Positions 1-15,136 of a stretch of DNA of 64,000 nt are shown piece by piece (the first letter of the stretch is position 1; each line of letters begins with the position of its first letter). Source of the stretch: Neocallimastix sp. 'constans' (taxonomy: Eukaryota). The position numbers and the translations under genes were made by a program. Under the pieces are notes generated by a model. That model did not search any database. It had not been told where the DNA came from and saw only the letters and a program-made list of their open reading frames with translations. The stretch covers positions 186,001 through 250,000 of the forward strand of contig JBODTK010000111.1 of the NCBI GenBank assembly GCA_050613775.1, written 5' to 3'.

Positions 1-37
1 ATTATATTTAATTTAATTTTTAAATAGTGATATTATA

Positions 38-159
38 ATGACAATAGAATTTTATATGTTATTTTGTTATTATGATGAATAATAACAAATGCATTTATAT
101 GACAATAGAATTTTATATGTTATTTTGTTATTATGATGAATAATAACAAATGCATTTAT
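38..159. repeat. Tandem duplication, two copies of a 61-bp unit
   Basis: atgacaatagaattttatatgttattttgttattatgatgaataataacaaatgcatttat occurs at 38 and again at 99. Confidence 0.9.
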
Positions 160-250
160 TATTTAAAAATGAATTTTTATGATTTAAAAAAATGTTTGAT
201 TTATAATTTTAATAACTTTAATATAAACATAAAAAAAAAAAAAGAAAAAA

Positions 251-301
<51 letters not shown>

Positions 302-1989
302 ATTCTTTGAAGTTAAAAATATATGAATTTAAACAAAAAAAAAATTATTTAATAAGTTAGATTCATTAATATAAATAAATTTAATTTATTAAATTTTAGT
401 ATTTTAATTTTTTTTTTTTTTTTTATATTTTACATGGCATAATTTTTATTGTCCTTTATTATCCATGAATAATTAAACAACATGATTTTATTCACTTTTT
501 ATTATATTATATGAGTTAATATATTACGTAACGTATATGATATTTTATTTATAAGAACGTTTGTTGCCGTTAAAAAAAAAAAAAATCATAAGAATGAATT
601 TTTTTTTTTTTTTAAATAATTATAATTAATAATATATAATTTATTTTAATATTTTAAAATATATTCCTTTAAAATTTTGTTAGAAAATTAGTATTTTTTG
701 TTTACTACTTTTATTATAATTTTAAATATTAAATAGTTTATTATAAATAAATAGGATATATAATAATAATAAATAGTTTATATAGTTTATGAATAGAATA
801 TAGTTTCAAAAAAAAATTTTTTTTTTTATTTTTTTTTATAAGCCCTCTTTTATATAGTTAATATTAAAACATGTATTTAATGTATGGAAATATGTTTGAC
901 CCATCAAATATATTTTGTATGTTTAAAAAATATCATTAAATTATGTATTCTTAAAAAATAAACCTTTTGCTTCAAATAAATATAGTTAGTAAATAAGCAA
1001 ATATTGAGATCTTTATCAAATATTAATATGAGATAGAAAAGGATTAAAATTTTAAAATATAAAAAAAAATATATGAGTAAATAATAATTTTAAGAAATTC
1101 AATAGGGAGAAATATCTATCTTTTAATGAGATGTTACTTTTATGTTTTTATCATTTCTTATTATTTAGAATTTCTATTTATTTCTAATATTTTGATCTTC
1201 TTTATAGGCGCATCATATTATTTTTATTTTTATTTTTTTTTTTTTATCTAATTTATATTTTTTATTTTTTATTTTATTTCATACATTAAAAATTTTAAAT
1301 ATTAAGCAAAAGAAGTTCTTTCTGCTTAAAAAAAAAAAAATGGAGAGTAAAATTAATAAAATCTTCACCAAATGAATTTCTGTTTACATAAAATTATCTA
1401 TAGAAAAAAAATTTTTTTTTTTTTGAAGTTACTAATAATTTATTGATGAAAATTTTTATTTATAATATAAATTGTAATATATTACTTTTTAAAGTTTTTC
1501 AAATATAACATAATGAAAAAATTTTAAAATATTAGTTTTGTTATTTTTAAATGAATCTATATGAATTAAATCTTTCAATAATTTTAAGGATATCAATGAT
1601 AAAATTTTATTAAATATTCACAGAATTTAAAAATATTACTTTACAACATTTATTGATGGTATTCAGATATGACTATCAAAGTATCTTATAGTTATGTCGC
1701 AATATCTATTATTAATGATAAGGAAATACAACTATACACTATATACTTTTATTACATATATACTTTTTTTTTTTTTTTTACATATAGTAATTTTTATATT
1801 TGTAATAATATATAATATATACAATTAAATACATAAATTATTGTTGTATATATATATTTTTAGTTTATTTGTTTATAAGCTTATTAACTAATAATATAAG
1901 CATATATAATAATATATATAGATATAACATCATATATGATATAGCAAGTTATATCCTAGTTTCGGCTAATACAACAATACATCAAAAGT

Positions 1990-3960
1990 TAAACCCAGTG
2001 AGATCGGGTCAATGGTCAACGCGTATACCCTGAGGTCAACAGTCCGGAAGTTCAGTTCCACCTTACCACCCAATAATAACCGACATCTATTATGGCAATA
2101 CTTCTGACAACACTATAAGCAATTTTGCTACAAACTTTGAAACAATTACTATGTCAACTGATGATGAATCAATATAATTCCATAATAACAGAATAACTAA
2201 TGAAATAATTACTCAATCAAACATACAATCTCCATTGAGTCATCAAACTAATTATAGAAAATTTTAAAACCCAGATTTAATAACCAAAAAACCAAAAGTT
2301 CAGTATAATGGAATATCTTCACCACTAAACGCAGATCACAAAAGATTCAACTCAAATCTAAATAATATAGAAAATGATTACAAAATGATTACTAATGGTT
2401 CCATTAAATTATAAACAAGCAACCTCGTTTAAGGATAAGAATCATTGGATTGAAGCCATGAATGTAGAACTACAAAATTTATACGACAATAAAATAATGG
2501 CTTTCAAAAAAAAAAAAATTCCAAAAGAAGAAAATCCAACGACAATAAAGTGGGTTTACCCTTTAAAAAGAGACGGCAAAGGGAAACATAATTAAATATA
2601 AAGGAAAAATCGTAGTCAGAGATTTCAATCAAACTAAAGGTATTGACTACGACTTGACTTATTTACCAATTTTTTGTATTGATAGTCTAAAATTATTACT
2701 GTCAATTACATCTAAATTTAATTGAACTGTTAGGCAACTCAACATCAAAGCTGTTTATCTTAATGCTCCACTCGATAAGTAACTATGTGTTACTATCCCT
2801 CCAGGTGATGAAAACTATGGATAAGGATATTGGTTACTTAAAAAAAGCTTTATATGGCCTTAAACAGTCAGTCAGGCCGTCAAAGATATATACATTTTTC
2901 TAATTTCCTTAAAAATAATGGTTTTAATCAATTTTCTTCTGAACCATGTATTTTTTAAGAAAATAGGGGGGTGACTTAGTATCATGTATAATAGGTGTTT
3001 ATATGGACGACTTGTTAATCACAGGTATTAAATCAAAAATAAATAAAATTATCAAATTATATATAAAATAAAGAAAAAAAAAATTTAAAATATCAAAATG
3101 CAACAAGGTGGACTATCTACTAGGAATCAAAATCGAAAAAAATAATTTCAATTACATCATTTTACAAACACAACTAATTAATGACATTTTTACAAAAATT
3201 CAAATTAATATATATTTAGAAAATCAAAATCATCATGTTCAGGAATAAATAAATTATCAACCAACAATAAGAAATTTGATAAAACAACATATTAAAAGTG
3301 ACGTAGTATCACTTATATAATTAGCACGCTTTACCAGACCAGACATAACTTATGCCACAGGTAAAGTTGCAAGACATTTCGAAAATCCTACAATGGATAA
3401 CTGGAAAAAGATAATAAATATTTTAAAATACCAAAACTATAACAAAAGATTACAAAATCACATATAAAGATAAAGGTGAAATACTAGCTTATGTCAGCTC
3501 GGATTATGCTGGAGATCCAGATGATAGAAAATCCACCTCCGAATGTATAATTCTAATGGGCATGGACCCAATTTATTGGCAATCGAAAAAACAATCAGTG
3601 ATTGCCACATCTACTACCGAAGCCGAATATATTGCTACCAGCGAATGTATAAAGAAGGTTTTATGGATTAGAAATATTTAAATGAAACTATTCAATATAA
3701 CAAAACCATTTAAAATTATGACTGATAATATTATGAGTAAAACAACACTAGAAAATGAAGCAATTAATAATAAATTAAAACAGTTAGATATAAAATTTCA
3801 TTTTAATTTGGAAAATATCAAAAATAATAAAATAATTTTTAAATTATATCAACACCGAAAAGATGCAAGCGGATGACTTAACCAAGGACTTAGGTGGACC
3901 AAAGATGACCAAATTTACAGACCAAATATATAATTAAAAGTATTCTCGTCTGAGGGGGAA
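1990..3960 (+). mobile_element. Degenerate Ty1/copia LTR retrotransposon, 3' part of pol (RT + RNase H)
   Basis: Frameshifted copia motifs occur in the expected order: PLNYKQA..WIEAMNVELQNL..KWVY (2401-2560), QLNIKAVYLNA (~2736), KALYGLKQS (~2843), IGVYMDDLL (2991), YVSSDYAGD (~3490), KKQSVIATSTTEAEYI (~3585). Polypurine tract gagggggaa at 3952-3960. 5' boundary uncertain. Confidence 0.92.
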
Positions 3961-4292
3961 TGTTGGATTATAAGAAGTTAATTAAATAGGTTTAAAATTA
4001 TATTAATTATATTATTTCATTATGTGTAAATAATTCTCTTTGTATTTGAAATGTATTCTTTAATTCATTTGTTAAAATAATTTCATTATATTATTATCAA
4101 GCCTCAATTAGTATAAATAAGTTTAATATTGTCAAACATTTTTTTTATCGTTTTATATTACCTAATTAATAATAAATAAAACGTTTTATTTTCTATTAAA
4201 TTAATAATTAAATAATTTTATTATAAATTCTTTTCTTTTATTATAAATTATTATTAGTTAACTAAAAATTTTATCTTAATCGTTTATTATCA
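3961..4292 (+). mobile_element. 3' LTR of the copia element (right end approximate)
   Basis: TGTTGG begins immediately after the polypurine tract. Related sequence recurs at 28922 (+) and 28480-28716 (-). The CA end at ~4292 is a guess. Confidence 0.7.
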
Positions 4293-4627
4293 TTAAAATC
4301 AATTATAATAAATTTCAATTATCTTTGAATGGAAATTAAATAGTAATAGTAGTAAAATTAAAATTATTTTTTAATAATAAAAAATAAAATAAAAAAAAAA
4401 AATTAATAAAAAATAATTTTTTATTTAATAATAATAGTATTACTATTATTATTAGAATTAATATTAATACTACTAGTAATAATACCAATCATATCAATAT
4501 TATTTTTAATATTAATAATAATATTGAATTTTAAAAAAAAAATATAAAAACTTCATAAAGTAATAATAGTAACATGATATTAAAAATTATTAACTTAAAT
4601 AAAGATATATTAATAAGTAAATAAATT

Positions 4628-4783
4628 ATGATTAATAAATTTAAAACAATGGATTATTAACTATTAAGTAATTTGTCCATTAAAAAACAAAATAAATAAT
4701 AAAAATGATTAATAAATTTAAACAATGGATTATTAACTATTAAGTATTTTGTCCATTAAAAAACAAAATAAATAATAAAAATG
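4628..4783. repeat. Tandem duplication, two copies of ~77 bp
   Basis: atgattaataaattt..caatggattattaactattaagta..tgtccattaaaaaacaaaataaataataaaa occurs twice. Confidence 0.85.
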
Positions 4784-4785
4784 TA

Positions 4786-4816
<31 letters not shown>

Positions 4817-4979
4817 GTAACAAAAAAAAAAAACTTATTCTTTTAATAATAAATTTCATTTTTGTTATTTATTTTGTTTATTATTAAAATGACTAATAAA
4901 TAGTTAATAATCCATATAATAGTAATTACATTTATTTTGTCAATTTTATAACTTTTATTTTTAAAATTCATCTAGCCAC

Positions 4980-5037
<58 letters not shown>

Positions 5038-5263
5038 TGTTATTATTAATATTATTATTATTATTTGTTATTATTATTATTATTATTATTTGTTATTATT
5101 ATTATTATTATTATTTGTTATTATTATTATTATTATTTGTTATTATTATTATTATTATTTGTTATTATTATTATTATTATTATTTGTTATTATTATTATT
5201 ATTTGTTATTATTATTATTATTATTATTTGTTATTATTATTTGTTATTATTATTATTATTATT

Positions 5264-5333
<70 letters not shown>

Positions 5334-5335
5334 TT
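4980..5335. repeat. (TTA)n microsatellite with TTG interruptions
   Basis: Visible directly; it produces the spurious poly-L/I/Y ORFs in the ORF track. Confidence 0.95.
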
Positions 5336-7936
5336 TATTTATTTGTTTAAAATTCATTTTTTTATTTCTCATTTTTAAAATCTTTAATAAAAAAAATGCT
5401 TCTTTATTCTTTTCTAATAATATTATATTATATTATTTTTAATAATATTTTATATATTATATGAATATTAATTTATTTTCAAATAAAAATATTAAAAAAA
5501 AAAAAAAAATTGTTGATCTATTGTTTTTAATTTGTTTTTATTGATTTGTTTCCAAACTAAAATAAAAAAAAAAAATTAAAAATTAAAATATTTTATTAAT
5601 CCATTGTTTTAAAAATGTTAATTTTTTTATCCCTTTTTTTTCATTAATTTATTAATAAAATTTTTAAATTTTAATTATTGGATTTTAATTTTTTGTTCTT
5701 ATTTTGATTTATTAAAAATTTTTTATTTTAATAAAAAAATAAAATATATATAAATATTTATATATATATTTTATTTATTAGATTTTTTTTTTTTTGCTTT
5801 AATTTTTGGTTTTTTAAAAAATAATTAATACATTTTTATTTTTATTTTTATTTTTATTTTTTATTTTTAATTAAAATATAATTTTTTATTATTATAATTT
5901 AATTTTACAAACATAACCTTAATTTTATCAAAAATTAATATCAAATTATTTTTTATAATATAATATAATAAATTTTAATTGACCAAACGAATAAAAAAGA
6001 TATTATAAAATTTTTAAGGATTAAATAAAACATCTTTATAATGAATTTATTATTATTAATTCTTTTTTTTTTTTTTTTTTTTTTTTTAATGGTTGCTTTA
6101 AAATTAAAATTAAAATAATTAAAAAGATTAAAATTAAAATATATATAATGTCATAATATTTTTTTTCGTTTTATAATTATAAATATACAAATTAAATAAG
6201 AACAAAAGTTATATTTAATAAATTTTGATTAAAGTAAATATTAACTTATCTTTATATTATACTATATAATATTATGGTTGGCAACTCCTTTTTTTTTTTT
6301 TTTTTTATTTAATAATAAAATCATTGTTGGCAACTCTTATATTTTAAAAGATACTTTAAAATTATAATGAAATAGATCTATACAGTTTATTATCAAAGTT
6401 GCTAAAGATATTATATATATTTATTAGTGGATAATTTTAATATTAATGACAGTAATATTTTTATATAACAATTTAAAATCATAGTTTGCTATTGCTATTT
6501 CTTCATTAGATATATTTTTAAAAAAAAATAATAATACATTAATTTATACATATAATAGTGTAGAATAATTAAATATTTATTGATAAAGTGTTAATATTAA
6601 TTTTTTTATTTATTTTTTTTTTCTTATAATATTAACTATTAAACGGACAAAAGAATAATATAAAATATTAAATATTATGATCATAATAATAAAATATTAG
6701 TAATACATATTTAATTGAATATTTGGAAAATTTTCCTAAATTATTAAAAATTATTATTATTTATTTTCTAAATTATTCTTTTTTTTTTATAAATGAGATG
6801 TTCATATCTAATTTAATATATATTAAATATATTTATAGAAGTAATGTTAATAGGAAAAAAAAAACCATTATACAATAGTAAAATCTTATGTTAAGCTTAA
6901 ACTATAAAGTATTAATTAATAGTATAAATCAACATTTTTATATTATAAAAAATTTAAGGAATGTGTAAATTAAAATTTTCCCATAAATGTGCTTATTATT
7001 AAAAAAAAAAAAAAAGTATATTAATTAATATTACATCTATTAAATCTTAATAAATAATTAAAAAAAAAAATTGTTTATAGAAATCATAAATGTTATTTTA
7101 AAATATTTTTGATAAAAATTTATTTATAATATAAAACAATATATATTTGAGTATTATTGTTAATATATTAATATATATTTTAATAATAATCTAGATAATA
7201 TATAAAGATAGATATTACTAATTATTAAATATAATTCTAAATATTATTGTAAATTAAAAGATTATAATTTAATAATTGAACGAAACAAAACTATACGCCG
7301 TTATAATTTAATTCTATTACTAGAACCTAAATTAATAACAACTGGTAGTATTAATTATTGAAAAAAATGCATATTAAATAAATTTTTTTTTTAAAATTAT
7401 ATATTTATGTAAATATTATATAATTATAAAAAAAATTTTTATTTAATTAAATATTTCCATTTCCTTTTTCGTATATATATATTTATTGTAAGTTTTCATT
7501 TTTTCGTTATTTAATAGTTTTTAAAGACTTTAAATCATATTATGAAATGTAAAAAAAAAAAAAAAAAAGCATTCTTGAATTTCATACTATTTTATATAAC
7601 ACGTGATCACTATTTATATTATTAATTTAAATATAATTAATTGAATTTATTCAGCAGTAGCGATTGTATTTCATTCCGTTACATTTTCATTAATAAATGA
7701 ATATATAAGTTTTTCTTATTTTTAATTAAAATAAAAATTAAAATTTATTGAAATTATTAAAAATAAATTAAATTTTGTACTACTGATCAAATTAAAAATC
7801 CTTATTTAGAAATATATCTTAGATTTAGTTATTAAATTATAGTTTAATTATTGAAAACTTTTTTATATGTACTTTAAATATAAATAGTATAAAAAGATAA
7901 TTATTTCTTCATTTTTATTTAAATTTTTTTTTTTCA

Positions 7937-7969
<33 letters not shown>

Positions 7970-8374
7970 GCTATTATTATTATTGATTATCACATTTCAA
8001 AAAAAAAAAAAAAAAATAATAAAATTAATTTTTTATTTATTTATTTTTTTTAAAGAGTAATAGTTATAAAATAATATTGATAATAAATAAAAATAATAAT
8101 ATATAAAAAAAAATTAATTAAAAAGTAATAGTATTTACTAGAAATATAGAAATAATTATTTTTATAATAAATAATATTAAATTACAGTAAATATCTAATT
8201 TTAAAATAAATGTTACATAATATATTGCAGAAGGTTTATTTTTTTTGACACGAAAGAATAAATAATTATTAAAATATATTAATCCAAAGAAACAAATAAT
8301 CATAAAATAAATAAAGAAACATATATATATATATAAACATAAAAAAAAAAAATTAGTATAAAAAATAAATAAAA

Positions 8375-9637
8375 ATGGCAGAAGAAAATAATTTTTTTAG
8401 AAGTTTTTCACTTGAATTCAATCAAACATTTTTCTATTCATATTTTGTACAAATTATTCTTATTACTTATATGTATTATTCTATAGGTAATGGAAGATAT
8501 TGGAAAGTTCTTTTTTATGGTTCAATACTAGGTTTTTTCGGTGCTTTATTGGAACATATTTTTATTGCATGGCAAGTAAATTTACCAGAAAGTGAAAAAG
8601 AAAAGAATCCTTTATCTATTTTATTATTAATTGCTGAAATTGGATGGATTGCAACTGAATTTTCGGTTCCAATTTTAAATCTTATCAAATTAAATAGTCT
8701 TTCAAATGTTAAAGTTGTAAAAACAGTAAATATTATTACTGCAGTCCTTTTTTGTGGTTTTTCATTTTTCAGATTCCAAATAGGTTATAATCGTTTTAGT
8801 GAACATACTGTCGATTGTCAAAAATGTTCCTATCTACATGCTCAAGCTTTTGGTGTAATGGCTATTACCGATATCATTTTATCTATAATGATTTTTGTAA
8901 GAATTAATCAAAGTAGTAAAGAATATAAAATGAAAAAGAATAAGGAAAACGTTTCAATTTTAACTACATTTAGGAAATCATCAGTATTTTCACTTTTAAT
9001 TATTGATGTTATTAGTGTTTTCTTATCATTAACTTATATAAATCAAATCACAAATGATTATGCTAAACCATTCCATGCTCTAAAATCAAACTTTTTATTA
9101 ATTTTAGGTATTGATGCGTTTATCTTTAAATTTAGAGCTCATAATAGTAATGGATCTACCTACAAAAGTTATAATGATATGCATTCCACTACAAATGTAG
9201 CACAATCAATTAATCAATCAGTAAATAATGTTAGTACTTCCTATAAGCCACAACTATCAGTACTTAATTCAGCAGTGGGCGTAGGTAAAATACCATCAAG
9301 TTCAGCAATTATATCGTCCTCCTCTCAAAATATGAGCAATTTCAATATATCATCACAACCAATTATAAATAATAACTACAATAAATCATTTGGTCTTTTT
9401 AAAAATGAACTGATAGGAAAGGAAACAGAAATTGATATAGAATCATCGAAACAATTATCGTCATCAAATGTGAATTCAAAGTATAGTACTTCTCCATTTA
9501 TGTATAATGCATCTATGAATGATAAATATAGTAATGATGACCTCAATTATAACTATTCAAATTCATCATTTAATTCGCCTTCACATAATAATAGAAGTCA
9601 AAATGGAAATTTTAATAAAATTTACCAACAAAATTAA
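8375..9637 (+). CDS. Intronless seven-transmembrane (GPCR-like) protein with Ser/Asn-rich cytoplasmic tail
   Basis: 420-aa ORF in an aaaaATGG context. About seven hydrophobic segments in aa 18-252, a CxxC in the loop after TM4, then a low-complexity S/N tail. Confidence 0.8.
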   Translation: MAEENNFFRSFSLEFNQTFFYSYFVQIILITYMYYSIGNGRYWKVLFYGSILGFFGALLEHIFIAWQVNLPESEKEKNPLSILLLIAEIGWIATEFSVPILNLIKLNSLSNVKVVKTVNIITAVLFCGFSFFRFQIGYNRFSEHTVDCQKCSYLHAQAFGVMAITDIILSIMIFVRINQSSKEYKMKKNKENVSILTTFRKSSVFSLLIIDVISVFLSLTYINQITNDYAKPFHALKSNFLLILGIDAFIFKFRAHNSNGSTYKSYNDMHSTTNVAQSINQSVNNVSTSYKPQLSVLNSAVGVGKIPSSSAIISSSSQNMSNFNISSQPIINNNYNKSFGLFKNELIGKETEIDIESSKQLSSSNVNSKYSTSPFMYNASMNDKYSNDDLNYNYSNSSFNSPSHNNRSQNGNFNKIYQQN

Positions 9638-11400
9638 AAACAAAAATCTAAAAAAAAAAAAAAAAATAAAATAAAATCAAAAAAAAAATCAAAAAAAAAA
9701 AAAAAATGTTAAAAAAATAAAAATAAAAATATTAGAGATTCATAATATCATAATTAACATATATAATATAGATATTTTTATTATTTATAGATGTTTAATA
9801 TATAACCTATGTATTTAGTTATATATTTATATTTATACAATAGAATTTTAAATAGTTTTAAAAATATAGATCATAAATAGATTTCTAATTATAAATTAGA
9901 TGGCTATTTATAATAAATATATATTTAATAATATTAAACTATTAAAAATATTAATGTTATAAAAAAAAAATAATTAAATTACTAAATTATTTGAAAGAAA
10001 TAGTAATTATAAAATGTTATACAATAATATAAAATACTAAATTAAAAAAAAAAAAAAAGAAAATAATAATAATAATTATAAAATTATTTTAAGAATAATT
10101 ATGTAAAATCTAAAATACGAACTATTTAAAAAAATTTTTAATAAAATACAATGAAATTGTATTTTTAAGCATATGTTTATTATCTCTAAAAAAAAAAATG
10201 TATTTACAAATACATATTTTATTACTTTAAAAAAGAATAAATTATAAAAATAGAAGAAAAAATAATTATGAAAAAAAAAAAAAATAAAAAAAAATAAAAA
10301 AAATAAAAAAAGTAAAAATATCAAATATAAAATATAAAATAAAATAAAAAAAAAAAAAAAAGAATTTTTAATAATATTAAAAATAAAATGTTAGGAAGTT
10401 TAAAATATTATTTTATATTTGATTAAAATTGATTAAATATATATATAATGTAAAAAAAAAAAAAAAAAAGTTATGTATAAAAAAAATGTAAAAATAAAAA
10501 AAAATAAAAATAAAAATTTATGTATATTTGTTAATTTTTAAATATATATTAATATAACAAAATGGTCAGATGAATTTATTACTTTTTTTTTTTAAAAAAA
10601 TTTTTAATATATATATATAAAAAAAAAGAAAATAAATATTTAATGATTTTAAAAAGCCTATTATTCTTTAAATATTAAACAATACTTATATTACTATTTT
10701 TAAGTTTATAAATACTACATTATATCTGATTAAAAAAATAATACAAAAGTATCCTATTTAATATATTTTTTATTAATTGTTTTTAATAATTACTAAAACA
10801 GCCTTAATAACAATATTAACAAAATTGGTAGTAATGTATAATATAATTATGAAATATTATTTGACATTTTTTGATATAAAGTTAATCAATGAAATTCATT
10901 ATAATCTTATTATTTTTTTTTTTTTAACCGTAACTTTTAATATAAAAATTTACAATTTTAAAAATAAAAAATGTTTATTATGTAATTAAAGTTTTACGAG
11001 AAGCTATAAAAACTAATAGATAATTTAAAAAATTATATTGTAATTAATATAAGATATACGATATACTATAAATAATATTAATTATTCAAAATAAAAAAAA
11101 TTTTTGTCAATTTAGATATTAAAAATAATTAATTTTAAAATTAGTATTATGTTAATAATATAATATATAATTTATATAAAATTTAATATAACATAATACA
11201 AAGTAAAATAAATATATACCATCATATAAAAATTTTTATAAATAAAATAATAAATTCGAAAATTTCAAAAAATGACATGACTTGAATATTGTTATTTTGG
11301 TTCTTTTCAGAAAAAGCCATAATATTTCATATCATATATGAAATAGAAAATAATTAAAATACTTGTATATAATATTTTCAGAAAAAAAAAAATAAAATAA

Positions 11401-11431
<31 letters not shown>

Positions 11432-12529
11432 TAAAAATAAAAATAAAAATAAAAATAAAAATAAAAATAAAAATAGAATTTACATTATTAAACGAATTTT
11501 TTTTTCAAATTATTATTTCGAGACTAATAATAAAAAAGAAAATTTAAAATGTTTATTATTTCATTAAATTTTATTTAAATATTTAAATATTTATTTATCT
11601 TAATTCAATAAATAAATGAATGATTATTTAATTAAATATTGATATATATATAAATTAATTTTGTACTTGAAGTTGGGATTATTTAATATTATGAAACAAG
11701 AAATTTAATTTTTTATTTACAATTATATTTAAAAAAGTGTTCAAGGTTCCTTGTTCAAAAATCACGAAAATAACATGTATTGTGTTTTTGCTCTATTTTT
11801 ATATATATTATTTTACTTCCTATTAATTATTTAATAATGAATTTTAATTTTAAATATTTTAATATTGATGTTTATAAAAATATAGGCAATATAAACAATA
11901 TGTAAATAATACATTAATATTTTTATAAACATCAATATTAAAATATTTAATAAAATAAATTGAACAATATATAAACAATATATTAATATTTTTATAAACA
12001 TTAAAATATTTAATAAAATTAATTAAATAATATATAAACAATATATAAATAATATATAAATATATATAAATATATATAAATAAAGTTAACTAATGAGGCT
12101 TGGAGTGGCGTATTATATTTTATATGAAAAATTGTTTATAATTGAAAATATTAATATTTATAAAACAATAATATTAATAATTTTTTATAAATATAAATTT
12201 TTTTTTTTTTTTTTTTTTTAGACATTTATAAATATAAATATTTTTTTGTTTATTATATATAAATATTTATTATATTGTTAAGTAATTTTTAATTTTTATT
12301 TTTAAAAACTAAAAATTTTTCTTTATTTTAAATATAAATATTTATTTAATTTTATTTATTTATTTAAATAAAAAACAAAAAAATTAAAATTATACATATA
12401 TAAAAGTATTGAATAAAGTTTTTAATAAATAATTGAAATGATTTTTATTTCATACTTAAAATAATGTCTCCAGTAATAAACTATTGCGTGTCTACGGATG
12501 TGCAGCTGGGGAGAAATCCTGATACGGTC

Positions 12530-12568
<39 letters not shown>

Positions 12569-14000
12569 TAATAATAATTAAATATAAATTCACAGAATTT
12601 TTTTTTTTTTTTTTTTAGTGGATTTTGTATATTTAGTTATTTTTTTATGTGGATTTTTTAAATTTTGATGCATATTACTTAGTTAAATTAATAATTTTTT
12701 ATATAATAAATGAAATGATTAAAGAGTAATAAAAAACAAAATGATTAAATTATAAAAATTAATTAATAATTTCTCCTTAATATATTAAATAATTTTACTT
12801 CAGTCGATTTTCTATTTTATTTGCAAAATATCAAAATAAAAATAATAACAATAATAATAATAGTATTAACACAAATGAAATAAAAATAAAAAAAAAGAAA
12901 TAAAAGAAAATGAAAGAAAAATAAAAAAAAAAAAAATAAAATAAAATAAGTTATATTGAATTACAATTTTTATTATCAATATCAATATATTAAGAAATAA
13001 TATATACTTCATGATGTAATTAGTTTTTTTTATAATAAAATAATAATAATACTATTATTATTATTATTATTAAATATTTTTATATAAAATGAATAATACA
13101 ACTTGTTTTGTAAATATATATTATTTTATTAAAATTATTATTAATTTGTTTTACTTTTATATTATAATATTTGCTATTATTATATTAAAATTAAGAGACT
13201 ATCATTATAATTATTAAAATAGATTATTTTATACACTATTGTTTAAAATTCTTTTTTTTTTTTTTTTTTTTATGGTTAAATAAATATTCGAATTTTACTA
13301 TTAATAAATTTGGGAAATATTTATTTAAAAATACATATAATATATATTAATCATATTTCATTTCATAATAAGCTGTTATTAACTTAATTTAATATTAATA
13401 ATTCATATAGTACAAAATATTAATTACATAATAAATGTATTATTTATACCCATCATTAATTATATAATTTAAATTATAATTTTTAAATTAATGTTGATCA
13501 ATAATTTAATTATAATAAGAGGTTTTAATTTTTTTTTTTTTTTAATATTGAATATTAATACTTAATAATTAGAGTAAATTATTTTTTGCATAATTATTAT
13601 AAATAGTTGAGACTTTTTTTTTATATATTGTTTAATAACAATAATGATAATAATAAGAAAATAAAATAATTATAGTAGTAATAGTAGCAAAAGTAATAAT
13701 ATTAAAAAATAATTATACACTAATAATAATTTAATAATTATAATAATATATAAATATTAATAATAATAATAATAATCAATTGATAATAATAAGATAATAA
13801 TAATAATACAATAATAATTATAATAGTAATAATAGTAATAATAATAATAATAATAATAATTAAAAAAGTAATTATTATTATAAATAATATTATTTTGTAT
13901 TATTAATATCTTTATGTTAGTTTTTACATTAAAATTATTTGTAACATTTTTTTATTATTAATTATATTTATCAGTATCTTTATAAATTTTTTTCTTTTCC

Positions 14001-14036
<36 letters not shown>

Positions 14037-14109
14037 GAAAGAATAAATATAAATTATTTTAATTTAAATTATTTTAAACTCCTAATCGTTGAAATATAAT
14101 TAATATAGA

Positions 14110-14590
14110 GATGAGAATTTCAAATTACAATCTTTAATATTTTAATTAAATTATAACTAAACATAGATAAATATAATTAATATGATCTTTTTACACTATA
14201 TTACTACTTCTAATCATCTTTTTATTCTTATTTTTTTTTCTTTTGAAAAGAATATATATTAATTATTTCATTTTTAGTTTTTTTAAACTTTTTATCTTCT
14301 TAATTAATAATATGAGAATTTCAAATTACAATCTTTAATATTTTATTAAATTAAAATTATAATTAAATATAATTAATAAGATCTTATTATGTTATATTGT
14401 TACTTCTAATATTTTTTTTTTTTTTTTTTTTTTTTTTTATTTTTATTTTTAGTTTTTTTAAACTCTTTATCATGGAATATTTATAATTAATATAAGAACT
14501 TTTCAATTGCAATTTTTAATATTTTATTAAATTAAATTGTATATAAATAAATATAATTCAATCTTATTATGTTTATTGTTACTTTTAATT
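14110..14590. repeat. Degenerate tandem triplication (~180-200 bp unit) upstream of the xylanase
   Basis: atgagaatttcaaattacaatctttaatatttt at 14111 and 14312, diverged copy at ~14492; each is followed by a tacttctaat-like segment. Confidence 0.75.
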
Positions 14591-15136
14591 TCCATTATAA
14601 TATTTAACTTTAATCTTAAATATAGATTTTAATTATTAATTAAATAAATTAATTTATCTTTCCCAATTTTTTTTTTTTCTTTTTATATCCTATTATATTA
14701 TAAAAAGAAAAATATATATATAAAATATTTATTAATATTCAAAATTAATATTTTTTTTATATTGGATTATTTAATTTAAATTTATTATTACAGAGTTAAA
14801 ATTTTAATTATCCTATTATAAAAAAAATTTTATTTTTTTAATTATTTTATATTTTTAAAAATATATATATAAAGATAAAAATTTATCATCTAAAATTTTT
14901 TTTCTTCTTTTAAATTTCATTATCAATTTTTAGTTGTTAATTAATAATAAATAATAAAAATTAAAATTAAATTTTTGATAAAAATTATAAACCAATAAAA
15001 ATTGATTAAAAAAAAAAAAAAAACTTTATAAAGTAATTTTAAGAAATATCCATTATAAAATAATTTATTTGATTTAGTTAATTATTTAAATTCATTTATA
15101 ATTCAGTACAATTAATATATATATTTTTAATTGACA

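Noticed and set aside
5037..5442. Poly-Leu/Ile/Tyr ORFs (also 20238-20573, 25995-26195, 37060-37317, 40595-40849)
   Set aside because: Translations of microsatellites and homopolymers.
15131..15136. TTG start given by the ORF track
   Set aside because: Eukaryotic gene; ATG at 15137 begins a normal signal peptide.
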